Below the pieces are notes generated by a model. That model was not told the DNA's origin and did not search any database. It saw only the letters and a list, made by a program, of their open reading frames with translations. This document shows, piece after piece, positions 1-9,432 of a stretch of DNA of 64,000 bases (positions are counted from its first letter, which is position 1; each line of letters begins with the position of its first letter). This DNA comes from an uncultured Chloroflexia bacterium. GTDB taxonomy: Bacteria > Chloroflexota > Anaerolineae > JAAYZQ01. The stretch is taken from assembly GCA_963700285.1 (NCBI GenBank), contig CAVOXA010000001.1:608001-672000 (forward strand), written 5' to 3'. Both the position numbers and the translations under genes were made by a program.

Positions 1-197
1 GCGCACAGCCCGTCCAGCGGCGTCGACCCGCTCCCGGCCGGATCGCCAAAAGCCAGCAGGTGCACCTCGTGCCGCTGCGCCAGGCCCGCGATCAAATTGT
101 AATTGCGCATCGTCGTTCCCTGGTGGGGGGGGTAAGGGAACTGGGGCGTCAGGATCAAGATCTTTTTCGAGGGAACAGCCACCCGCTCAGCCGCCAT
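1..197 (-). CDS. Glycosyltransferase (GT4-like), N-terminal part, runs off the window edge
   Basis: Manual translation from ATG at 197: MAAERVAVPSKKILILTPQFPYPPHQGTTMRNYNLIAGLAQRHEVHLLAF..., a typical GT-B N-terminus; lies downstream of another GT4 gene. Confidence 0.8.
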   Translation of the reverse strand, partial: MAAERVAVPSKKILILTPQFPYPPHQGTTMRNYNLIAGLAQRHEVHLLAFGDPAGSGSTPLDGLC

Positions 198-252
198 AGC
201 TTCCCCTCATCTCCCGCTCTCCCCCTCTCTCCGTCTCCCACGCTGCCTTGCA

Positions 253-1362
253 CTACTTTTCATACACCTGCCGATAGATCTCCATCGTCTCCCGCGCCGC
301 CCGCTCCCACGAAAAGCGCCCCGCCTGCACCAACCCCTTCTCCCGCATCTGCGTCCGCAGCGCGCTGTCATTCAGCACCCGCCACATCGACACCGTCAGC
401 TCATCCGCGTCGTGCGGATCGATCAACTGCCCCGCGTCCCCCACCACCTCCGGCAGAGAAGCCACGTTCGACGCCACCACCGGCAGCCCGCACGCCATCG
501 CCTCCAGCGGCGGTAGCCCAAACCCCTCGTAAAAAGCCGGATGCGCCAGCATCTCTGCCGCGTTGTAAAGGTAAAGCAGGTCCTCGCTCGACACCCGCCC
601 CACAAAATGCACCCGGTCGTCCAGCTTTAGCTCGTCCACCACCGCAAAAGCATCCTCAAACAGCCAGCCCCTGCCCCCCGCCAGCACCAGCCGCACGTCC
701 TCTTTGTAGCAGGTCACAAGCTGCCACAGCGCCCGCAGCAGCGTCGGCACATTTTTGCGCGGCTCGATGGTGCTCACAAACAGGATATACGGCCCATCCA
801 CCCCATGCCGGTTGCGCACCTGTTCCTGCGCCTCCGCCTTGTCCAGCGGGCAGAAGATAGGGTTCGCCGCCTCGTGCACCACCGTGATCTTTTCCTCAGG
901 TACCCCCAGGTGCTGGATCGTATCCCGCTTTGTGCTCTCCGAGACCGAGATAATATGGTCCGTCCAGCGCACAGCCTGGTCGATATGGCCGTAATACCGC
1001 GCGCTCTCCTTCGTCAAAAAGTGCGGGTACAACAAAAAGGCCAGGTCGTGCACCGTGATCACCGACTTGCACGTCGGGCGGTGGGGGGGGATAAAATCTG
1101 GGCTGTGCAGCACATCCAGCCCCAAACGCATCAGCTCCACATTCAGCGAATACCGCTCCAGCCGGTGGTGGCTCGGCGTCCACAGCGAAACCCGCTTGAA
1201 ATTCGGCCGCTCCAAAATCGTCGTGTCGTCCTTGCGGCTCTGCAAAAGGACATAATCATTCTCGCCGTCAACCTTGGCCAGACCATCCACCAGGTGGAGG
1301 ATATACTGGCCGATCCCCGCTTGGCTGTAATACACCAACCGGGCGTCAATTCCAACACGCAT
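253..1362 (-). CDS. Glycosyltransferase family 4
   Basis: MRVGIDAR start; TVHDL, EPRKN and EGFGLPPLEAMACG motifs. Confidence 0.95.
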   Translation of the reverse strand: MRVGIDARLVYYSQAGIGQYILHLVDGLAKVDGENDYVLLQSRKDDTTILERPNFKRVSLWTPSHHRLERYSLNVELMRLGLDVLHSPDFIPPHRPTCKSVITVHDLAFLLYPHFLTKESARYYGHIDQAVRWTDHIISVSESTKRDTIQHLGVPEEKITVVHEAANPIFCPLDKAEAQEQVRNRHGVDGPYILFVSTIEPRKNVPTLLRALWQLVTCYKEDVRLVLAGGRGWLFEDAFAVVDELKLDDRVHFVGRVSSEDLLYLYNAAEMLAHPAFYEGFGLPPLEAMACGLPVVASNVASLPEVVGDAGQLIDPHDADELTVSMWRVLNDSALRTQMREKGLVQAGRFSWERAARETMEIYRQVYEK

Positions 1363-1451
1363 AGCTGCTCCGCTCTGGGGTGACGTAACAAAACGCCCCC
1401 CCCTTTGGGTGGTTCCAGGTGGAAGGCGTCACTGACCCACTGTCGCCAGCC

Positions 1452-1480
1452 ATCATACCATCATTGCCCAGACCCGTCAA
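1452..1480 (-). promoter_or_regulatory. sigma70-type promoter for the GT4 operon
   Basis: TTGACG-17-TATGAT on the minus strand. Confidence 0.6.
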
Positions 1481-1492
1481 ATCCCAAAGCCG

Positions 1493-2011
1493 CTAGGCAG
1501 CTCCTGCCTGGCAACCATCCCCAGGCAGCCCGCCCCCACGCCTCGGGCGGCGGGAACCCGACAAACAGGCCCGTCTCCCCCTCTCCCCTCTCTCCAACTC
1601 CCGCTCTCGCGCCCGAAAGATCAGCGCGTCCAAAATCTCCATCTTGTGCGCCAGCCCCGCGATCGCCACGTCCATCCCCACGTCGCCCGGCTCCAGCGGG
1701 TGCACGTCCATCGACCGTTCTCGGATGCCCAGGCTGTTGCCCGAGCCCATCCCCACCCCGCCCTGCCGCACGTACTCCTCGGGGCTCACCCGCCTCAGGT
1801 ACTCAAACCCCTCGTTCTCCTCCTTGGCCCGGAACCCGTGCCGCGGCGCCCCCTTCCGGCTCGCATTCCTCGTTCCCGTATGCGACCGGCACAACTGCTC
1901 GTCCGAGCCGTTCATCTCCGTTTGTGTGCGTCGCGTCCCGTTGGCCAGGATCGCCACACAGCGGCGCCTGCCCCTTCCTGACGAACCCATACGACTCCTT
2001 TCTCCGCTCAT
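1493..2011 (-). CDS. Hypothetical protein, degenerate HGGxSTG-like Cys/His N-terminus
   Basis: RRCVA...GTR...LCRSH...RNASRK...HGF pattern; C-terminus may be frameshifted or low-complexity. Confidence 0.45.
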   Translation of the reverse strand: MSGERSRMGSSGRGRRRCVAILANGTRRTQTEMNGSDEQLCRSHTGTRNASRKGAPRHGFRAKEENEGFEYLRRVSPEEYVRQGGVGMGSGNSLGIRERSMDVHPLEPGDVGMDVAIAGLAHKMEILDALIFRARERELERGERGRRACLSGSRRPRRGGGLPGDGCQAGAA

Positions 2012-2091
2012 GAGCTTATCGCCAAAAGTATACCACGAACTCTTGTACGCACCTAGCAAAGTCCGTATGGCAGCCATGCTATGGCCCTATG

Positions 2092-2120
2092 TTGTCATTA
2101 TACAAAATATATGATACAAT
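2092..2120 (+). promoter_or_regulatory. sigma70 promoter for the RHH gene, overlapping a divergent -10 box
   Basis: TTGTCA-17-TACAAT with TGn extension; TATAAT on the minus strand at 2097-2102. Confidence 0.6.
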
Positions 2121-2169
2121 GACGTCTCGATTTCGGATGGCCCCATTCTATCGGAGACAGGCAGGAGAA

Positions 2170-2349
2170 ATGACACAGACCCAGATGGTCAAATACCAGC
2201 TACGTCTCGAACGTGAATTGCTAGAGGAAGCAAAAGCCAAGGCCGCCGGGCAGGACGTCACGGTGGCGCAGGTGTTGCGCTGGTCGCTGCGGCGGTACGT
2301 GCGGGGGGAGATGGAAATGATCCGGGGAAGGGGAGATCACGAGGAATAG
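2170..2349 (+). CDS. Small ribbon-helix-helix (CopG/Arc-like) DNA-binding protein
   Basis: RBS GCAGGAG; KYQLRLERELLEEAKAKA...TVAQVLRWSLRRYV beta-alpha-alpha pattern. Confidence 0.7.
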   Translation: MTQTQMVKYQLRLERELLEEAKAKAAGQDVTVAQVLRWSLRRYVRGEMEMIRGRGDHEE

Positions 2350-2350
2350 A

Positions 2351-2389
2351 AAAAGACCCTTGGGGTTTTCCGAAACCCGAAGGGTCTTG
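2351..2389. terminator. Palindrome / probable bidirectional terminator
   Basis: AAGACCCTT...AAGGGTCTT stem between convergent genes, with an A-run on the left. Confidence 0.6.
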
Positions 2390-2404
2390 GTAGCGGCGAG
2401 TCAG

Positions 2405-3193
2405 TCACACTGTACCCAGGTCCGGCACCTTGCGGTCCCAACACACCTTTCGTGCAAATCGAGGCTTCTTCTCCTGGATCTGACACGGTGGTTGCTCATC
2501 GCAAGAGTCTGGTACCATCCCAGTACACGCAAGTTCAAACCAAGAAGGTTTGATCCGTGCATTGGCGGCCTGAACCCCAATCAGGAGATAGTAGGTGCCT
2601 TTTTGCAGCACCGGGTCCGTTCCTGGTGATGGACAATCTTCAGGCCAGTTCGTCAAAGTCATTGGTGAAGGGATTACCACTCGCAACTCCAAAGGGGCTG
2701 TGCCTTTATTCTTGACCTGTGCTATGTCTAGATACTCAAAATCATCACCACCTTGAATGATGACAGGACTGAAACCAGTACACTTGTCCTGTCTAGCCCA
2801 GAAGAGAGTGAGCGGATCAAATTTCTTCAACCGTTTACCTCGATCAGGCCAAACCCCGAATAGTCTACCGACGCAATCCTTTGCAGGCGTCATACCATAG
2901 TTCCCGATCTTCAGTCGAATGAACCAACTGGGTATATCACTTTGGATGACGGGAGGAGAACATCGGACCTTATCGATGTACAGGACCAGGCGCGGCCTTT
3001 CCAGAAATGGTCTAATCGAAGCAAGATAGGCAACCAAAGTAGCTACAGCCAAACTGAAAACGGCAACGGGATCTTGTCCTGTGCCCACTCCCCAAACTAC
3101 TATGCCTATCACAAGCAAAGGCACAACCACGATGCTGATGATCTGCTCAGCCCACGAACACAAGCATGTCCGTTGTTCCAGAGTTTCTGGCAT
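2405..3193 (-). CDS. Hypothetical membrane protein (2 N-terminal TM helices plus a soluble beta-rich domain)
   Basis: Two hydrophobic segments; GGAGG RBS before MPETLE; visibly lower GC than the flanks. Confidence 0.7.
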   Translation of the reverse strand: MPETLEQRTCLCSWAEQIISIVVVPLLVIGIVVWGVGTGQDPVAVFSLAVATLVAYLASIRPFLERPRLVLYIDKVRCSPPVIQSDIPSWFIRLKIGNYGMTPAKDCVGRLFGVWPDRGKRLKKFDPLTLFWARQDKCTGFSPVIIQGGDDFEYLDIAQVKNKGTAPLELRVVIPSPMTLTNWPEDCPSPGTDPVLQKGTYYLLIGVQAANARIKPSWFELACTGMVPDSCDEQPPCQIQEKKPRFARKVCWDRKVPDLGTV

Positions 3194-3295
3194 CTCTACC
3201 CTCCACCTCCCAGAGCACAATCACTGGATTGTCCAGCGTCCAGTACACGACACGGACAGGCTATAGGCCCTGCCAACCTGGGCAAGCTGCGTCAA

Positions 3296-6200
3296 TCATC
3301 CCGCCCCCTCCACAATCCCAATCTCCTCCGCCGTCAGCTCATACAACTCATACACCAATCGGTCGATCTGCCGGTCCGTAGCCTCAATCTGCCGGTCCAA
3401 CAGCGCCTTGTCTCCCGGCACAGTCGCCACCGCCAGCCTCTTGTGCAGCTCCAGCATGCGTTCGACGAGTGCAACCATCTGGTCGTGTCGGGCGACGTCG
3501 GTCGGGCTGCCAAAGTTGATCATACGGATGGGAAGCTGTTCTATGAACTTGGTCCAGAAGCGCACGTAGCCGCCCCTCAAGGTCGTGCCGATGTGGAGCA
3601 GATATCGAAAGAGAAGAGGCGTATTGACCAAGCCGAGTATGTAGAGCGGAGACACAGAGGTCTCATCCCGTGTCAGAATGCCATAACCGGTCTTGTAGAA
3701 ATGTCCACTATCATCGTAAGTGAATGACGCCCTGTTGTTATAATCAGGGACAACCAGCTTGGGGCGCTGAAATAGAGTCATGCTTTTGGGATAGCCAAAC
3801 GCGAACCAGTTGCTGCCTTTGAATTTGCCTCTCTCACGAGCTGCCAAAGCTCCCTTGTGCTGCCTCAGATAAGAGTAGCTTAGTGGGTACTGGCTCGAAA
3901 GCTCTTGTTCAGAGACAAGGCGGCAGTCATCCTGGCTGATGACGTACGGGCAGATAAGAAAAGCTTGAGCCTCAAGGGGCTCGTATCGCCGAATGTCCTT
4001 TCCGCGCAGGAAAGGCACTACAATACCTGCCTCGATCTTTACCTCATGCCCTGAAGCCTTGCTCGTCCCCACAATGAGATTCTGCTGCAACTGGCAGTTC
4101 TCCAGAACAAAGACCTGATCGGCGCTCGTCTGCGTTCCCACAAAAATATGTGCAAGATCACCAAGGCTGACCGGCATTGCGCTCAGTCGGTGAAGGAGTG
4201 GCTTTTCTGGCCCAACCACAAAATGCCACTCCGGGGAAGTCGCCTCTTGGGCGCTGACTTCCCCGTCAATAGCCTCACCGCTGGACCTCCAGGCATCCAA
4301 GTCCTCTGCCAAGAAAAAGTGGAATTGCTGTTGGCGCTTCCTCTGCAAAAAGAGCAGACAAGTATAGGTGGTCGCGAGGTCAAACACCTGTTGGTCGCCA
4401 AAATGGACGATCTCTGCCAGGTGGCCGCCGTCAGCGATGAGCTTGCGCAGCGGCTCGCCGTACTCTGCCTGGAAGAACTTGTGAGGCAGGATGTACCCCA
4501 TCCGTCCCTGCTCGTTCAGCAGTTGGAGCGCCCTCTCCACAAAAACTACATAGATGTCATAGTTGCCCTTGCTTGCCGCCACATAGCACTGTTTATAGAG
4601 CTCAACCTCCGTCGGCGCCCACTCTTTCATCCTCTGGATTCTGATATACGGCGGATTGCCAATTACACAGTCAAAGCCACCCGCTGCCATTGGCTCGGGA
4701 AACTCGGACTGCCAATCGAAGGGATTGATCCGCCGCACCTCCTCCTGGTCCGGCACAAGCTGCCCCTCAAAATAGTCCCACCCAATCAACGAATTCCCAC
4801 ACTTGATATTCTCTCCCAGATCCGGCAGCGCCCGCTCCCGCCAGAGACTGAGCTGCTGCCCCAGCGTCTCCTCCGTCTCCCCCTCCAGCACCTTCAGCAG
4901 CAGGCTCAGCTTTGTCACCTCCACCGCCTGCCGGTCCAGGTCCACCCCATAGATGTGGTCCAGCAGGATCCGCTTCTTCTCCCCCGTCGTCAGCCGCCAG
5001 TCGCCCGCCCGGCCCCTGGTAGACCGCCGGCTCCTTGCCCGCCGCGTGCTTCGCCGGGTCGTTCGCCTCGTACCAGCTCCGGTAGTGGTCCAGCAGGAAC
5101 TGGTACGCCCCCAGCAGGAACGACCCCGACCCGCACGCCGGGTCCAGCACCCGCAGCGGCGGCTTGCCCCGCGTCCCCCGCAACTGCCGCGGCGACTTGC
5201 CCTCCACCAGCACCCCCACCGTCTGCGCCACGATATAGTCCACGATGTACGAGGGCGTGTAATAGACGCCCCCCGCCTTCTTGACCTCCGGCTTTTCCTC
5301 GACCACGGCCCGGTGCGCGGGCGTCAGCCGGATCACCTTGCCCAGGAACTGCTCGTACACCTGGCCCAGGACCTCCACCGGCAGCACCGAGAACTCGTAT
5401 GGGCTCTGCGGGTAGTACAGGCAGCCCAGGATCGGCTTCAGCACCTTGTCGTCGATGCGTCAGTCCCCGCGTCAGCGTATCCGCCCGAAAGTCAAACAGC
5501 CCCGAGTTGTACTTCTCATCCGCCTGGCGGTACAGATCCCCCATCCGCTCATAGATCCGCCCCCCGTTCGTCAGCGCCAGCAGCCGCCCGTAGGCCTCGA
5601 TCCCCCGGTCCTCCGCCATCCGCAAAAAGATGATCCGGTCGATCGTCCGCTGCACCGCAAAATTCAGCTCCTGCACCGTCAGCGCCGGGTTCCGCAGCGC
5701 CAGGTTCCGCGCCAGCGCATCCCGCCAGCCCTCGATCTCTTTCAGGAACTCGGCGTCCACCTCGCTCGTGCCCCGCTTGCCCTTCGTATCCTCCACGTAG
5801 CGGTCGAACGACCCTTTGAGCACCGATTCCCTGGCGAATACGTCGTATACCTCGTCAAAGTGTTGCAGGTACTCGTCGAAGGTCAGGTACAGGATGCGGG
5901 CGGCCGCCGACTTGTCCGCCGGCTTGGGCCGTATCCGGCAGTCATAGACCGCAAACTCTTCGAAATCGGTCAGAATGCTCAGCGGCAGCTTGGCGCTCCA
6001 CGCGTACCGCCGCAACTGGTACGCCGGACCCACGTCCCCGTGCACCGAGATCGCCGGCTTTTTCGCCTCCACGAAAAACTTGCGCACCCCGCCCACCCGG
6101 AAGCAATAATCCGGCGCCCGCGCCGCACCCGCCACCGTCAGCGCGTCCTCGTGCACCACGTCCTTATACTGCTCCGCGTACCCCTTCACATTCCGCACAT

Positions 6201-6336
6201 CCCAGCCCAGCGCCTCAAAAAACGGGTCAATAAACTCAACCCGCGCCCGAGCCTCCTTATAATCCGGCCGCGTATAAACATCCCGATTACGTTGGAACCG
6301 TTCGACCAAATCCACAACTTGGGAGGGTACACTCAT
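3296..6336 (-). CDS. Type IIG (Eco57I/TaqI-like) fused restriction endonuclease-m6A methyltransferase, ~1010 aa, with 2 frameshifts (~5457, ~5010)
   Basis: N-terminal PD..EAK nuclease (APDYCF..FFVEAKKP), DPACGSGSF motif I, GNPPY motif IV, TaqI_C-like TRD and IDRLVYELYEL tail, spread over three ORF pieces. Confidence 0.9.
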
Positions 6337-6382
6337 CTTTCCATCCTTGCCTGAGCCTTGTGCTATGCTGCGTCGACTTGTC

Positions 6383-7219
6383 TTAGCGGCTCACCAACAC
6401 GACTACTTTGATTTTTTCTCTTGGCCCTGACAGGTCCTGCTCCAGCGCTCTGGGATTGTCGAGCAAATGGTCGGGATCATATACCATGCAGACCAACGTG
6501 TGGAATCCGGGGTATTCCGAGTATCGCTCTATATCGACAATCAATTGGTCCCCAACCTGGTGGTCAAGCAAGTTCTCTCTTGTCATCTTGGCCTCAACAA
6601 TGATGCTCTCCTGCTTCAGTAAGAAGTCCATTCGTGCATTGCTACCGGCATAGGCAGGAGTCCATACCTCCTTGCCGACATTGTCAAACTTCAGCCGGAA
6701 CAGAGCAAGCAGGAGATACTGCAGATCGTATTCATCTTTGATCTGTAAAGGTGGCCTTGCCCTTTCTCTACTTCTCAATTGCCGAGCAAAGATCGGAAAT
6801 CGTCTACAGATGAAAACGACCCGCTCCAACGCGCCTGCGACTTGCTGAGACGGGCCAAGTGCCAAGATCCCGTCAAGAAAACTGAGGATTCTCTGCCTCA
6901 CGTGTTCTGCTTTTTCGTTGTCCACCTGCCAGAGGCGTTGTTGTTCCCCCGCAGATATCGTGAAACCTGGGCCCATGAACATAATGCCGGCCTCACTCGG
7001 TCTGGAGCAGACTGCCTGGAAGTCTGCATAGAAGTCAGGCCAGCCACTACGAATTGTTGGTGTTGCTTTGGCAATCCAAGACTCAATCCTCGTCCAGGTT
7101 TTCTCGGGAAAGGACGGTGTGGACATCTGAGCAAGCTCTTCTCTCAGGAGGGCCAGTCGGCGGACAGGACCTTCGCTGATAGCTACCTTTGGCATTGATG
7201 CAACCGTATTCAGGGGCAC
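6383..7219 (-). CDS. PD-(D/E)xK nuclease, REase_DpnII-MboI-like C-terminal domain
   Basis: DEYDLQYLL...RMDFLL...IVEAK...DQLIVDIERY...VYDP motif set. Confidence 0.75.
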   Translation of the reverse strand: MPLNTVASMPKVAISEGPVRRLALLREELAQMSTPSFPEKTWTRIESWIAKATPTIRSGWPDFYADFQAVCSRPSEAGIMFMGPGFTISAGEQQRLWQVDNEKAEHVRQRILSFLDGILALGPSQQVAGALERVVFICRRFPIFARQLRSRERARPPLQIKDEYDLQYLLLALFRLKFDNVGKEVWTPAYAGSNARMDFLLKQESIIVEAKMTRENLLDHQVGDQLIVDIERYSEYPGFHTLVCMVYDPDHLLDNPRALEQDLSGPREKIKVVVLVSR

Positions 7220-7382
7220 GGATTGGCTCTCAAAATCAAACCAATCATGTAAGAATCCGGCAGTCCTGCTGCCCCGGACTCTATTGATGCCCTAGCTGCG
7301 CCTTGGCGTCCGTGAAGCACGAGGATTGCCGCCTCGAACCACGCAAGAGGTCCGAAGCCTTTTCCCTCGGTGGTCATTTACC

Positions 7383-7411
7383 AGTATACCACCTTCGCTC
7401 GGAAAAAGCAA
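7383..7411 (-). promoter_or_regulatory. sigma70 promoter for the nuclease / R-M unit
   Basis: TTGCTT-17-TATACT with TGn extension. Confidence 0.55.
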
Positions 7412-7784
7412 AGGCCGGTTATGGAAAACCGGCCTACCTGCTCTGGGAATAGGACAGCGGATCAAGAGGATCCACCGGATCAGACGCCACCGATTCGTTG
7501 AATCCTCCAAATTCGTTGTCATATTGCCGGCCGCAAAGAAAGCATTGCTCGCGTCCATTGGATCAAACCCGGCAAAGGCCGAAAAGCAGTACAGGAACGC
7601 CACGATGCGCCCCTGAACATGGCCGGTAGATAGAGACGACAGCAGGCAGCCGAGCGTACGACACCCAGGGCGTCCAGGGCACCCTAGCCCCAGACACGGT
7701 TGAGCGGCCCTGCGCTCGTCACAGCCCGATTCCTATTACCAGTTGCCAGCAGCCTCACCCGCCAAGTTCTAGTCTACATAACAA

Positions 7785-7853
7785 CAGAGACGCGGAGGAC
7801 ACCGAGTCTTTTCAAGCCTTTCTCCGTGTCCTCCGCGTCTCCGCGGTAAACCC
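7785..7853. repeat. REP-like palindrome (CAGAGACGCGGAGGACAC...CTCCGTGTCCTCCGCGTCTCCGCGGTAAA)
   Basis: Imperfect inverted repeat; its right arm recurs at 9448-9479. Confidence 0.7.
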
Positions 7854-7881
7854 CTACCTGCCGGCCGGCGCCTGCTGCCAC

Positions 7882-8442
7882 CTACACCCGCGCCTCCATG
7901 TTCAGCATCTCCTGCTTCATGTGCACCCCGCCCCCAAACCCCGTCAGCCGCCCGTCGTGGCCCACCACCCGGTGGCAGGGCACCACCACCGGCCACGGGT
8001 TCCGCGCCATCGCCTGGCCCACCGCACGCGCCGCCCCCACCGAGCGGCCCGCCTCCCGCGCCACCTGCCCGTACGTCCGCGTCTGGCCCCGTGGGATAGC
8101 CCGCGTGATCGCCCACACCCGCTGCTGAAACGCCGTGCCGATAGACGGGTCCAGCGGTTCCTCAAAGGCCACCGCCTCCCCCTCAAAATAGCGCCGCATC
8201 TTATCCGCCAGCGCCGCCACATCCAGCCCCGCTACAGCCGCTGGTTCGCTGGCTCCTGCCGCCGGCAGCCCGCTCGCAGCCTCCGCCTCCGTCCCCTTGG
8301 GCAGCGTCGTCCCCACCAGCCCCTGCCCCGACCAGGCCAAACCCACCCAGCCAAAAGCCGTCTCCACCAGCGTCGTCCCGACTTCATTCCCGCTGTCTTG
8401 GTTCGTGGTGTGCTCCTGACTTTCGATTGCATCTTCCTTCAT
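7882..8442 (-). CDS. ogt: Methylated-DNA--protein-cysteine methyltransferase
   Basis: GTAFQQRVW, TYGQVA, ARAVG and PCHRVV active site; ATGA overlap with the upstream gene. Confidence 0.95.
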   Translation of the reverse strand: MKEDAIESQEHTTNQDSGNEVGTTLVETAFGWVGLAWSGQGLVGTTLPKGTEAEAASGLPAAGASEPAAVAGLDVAALADKMRRYFEGEAVAFEEPLDPSIGTAFQQRVWAITRAIPRGQTRTYGQVAREAGRSVGAARAVGQAMARNPWPVVVPCHRVVGHDGRLTGFGGGVHMKQEMLNMEARV

Positions 8443-9257
8443 CGCAGCCCTTGCCCGCAGAGCACGCCATTGGCCCACGCCGCCTCGTTGTCCTGCAACG
8501 CCGGCTTGGGTGGCTGGCCATAGTTGATGCTCAGATCGTAGGCTGCCTCGTCATAGATGGTGCCCAAAGCGGAGCCCAGTTCCAGGGAAACATCTTTGTC
8601 AGGGGCCAGCAGCGGCACTGGCAGCACCGGTAGCGGCTCGCGCAGGTCCAGGGGCCAGACCTCTACCTTCCGGCCCCGGTCGTACCGCGTCAGAAAACAG
8701 AAATAGGCGGCCTCCTCGACCCGCGGGCGATCCTTCTCCTCTACCCGGTCCAGCAGCACGGGGCGGCGGCCTGTTCGCAGCAGGTCAATCTCGAGGAGGT
8801 GGGCGGCAGACTCTATCACCAACCATCGCTTCTGCTGGTACTCGGCAAAGCCGTCGCCGTGCTTATTCACAGGAGAAAGGATCTCGATCGAGGTGACGAG
8901 CTGCTCATCTTGGCTGTCGCGGATCTCAACCGAGACCAACCTGATGCGCGGTGGAGCGCGTTGTTCGATGATCAGCGGCAGGAGAGTAGCCGGTGACGCT
9001 GTTGCCGCGTCGACCTCGTAGAGGGCAGCCACCTCACTGACCGGCTTGACCAGGGAAACATCCACATCGGGGTAGAGCACTCGACCCCGCTCCGTGTCAC
9101 CCAGGTCAGCCACGTACCGGGTGGATAGGCGGGCCACGTAGCGCGGGCGCAGTCTGGGCGTTAGCCAGCGGGCAACCTCACCTGCCAGCCGTTGGTGTAC
9201 ATCCGGCCACAGATGTCCTTCCAGCCATGGATCCATCCCCGGAAAAGGCGAAGGCAT
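8439..9257 (-). CDS. DUF4058 family protein (Uma2-like PD-(D/E)xK fold)
   Basis: MPSPFPGMDPWLE N-terminus; IEILSPVNK and LLEIDLLR motifs. Confidence 0.9.
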   Translation of the reverse strand: MPSPFPGMDPWLEGHLWPDVHQRLAGEVARWLTPRLRPRYVARLSTRYVADLGDTERGRVLYPDVDVSLVKPVSEVAALYEVDAATASPATLLPLIIEQRAPPRIRLVSVEIRDSQDEQLVTSIEILSPVNKHGDGFAEYQQKRWLVIESAAHLLEIDLLRTGRRPVLLDRVEEKDRPRVEEAAYFCFLTRYDRGRKVEVWPLDLREPLPVLPVPLLAPDKDVSLELGSALGTIYDEAAYDLSINYGQPPKPALQDNEAAWANGVLCGQGLR

Positions 9258-9432
9258 GAGCCAATCCTCCCACCTGGCTGATACTTGCTAGCCATTCCAT
9301 CATCCGCGGCTCGCACAAACTGCCAACCACTGGCTACTGATTATAGCATGGCTGGCAAGCCACTGCAACCCCGGTAAACCCGTCGCCAAGGCAAATGCAT
9401 TTGGCTCAACACAGGTGCAACGCACCGCAACC

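Noticed and set aside
60-860. Long Pro/Ala-rich plus-strand ORF and similar antisense ORFs (e.g. 4148-5284, 39083-40366, 41215-42570)
   Set aside because: Shadow ORFs opposite well-supported genes in high-GC DNA
1405-1450. ZTP-riboswitch-like CTGGCGACAGTGGG
   Set aside because: No room for P1 after the predicted TSS, no pseudoknot partner, wrong gene context
3296-6336. Programmed frameshifting or phase variation of the R-M gene
   Set aside because: No long homopolymer or SSR at the shift sites; neighbouring genes show the same indel pattern
7292-7770. Short ORFs in the intergenic region
   Set aside because: No RBS or recognisable motifs; overlaps a promoter and degenerate palindromic repeats
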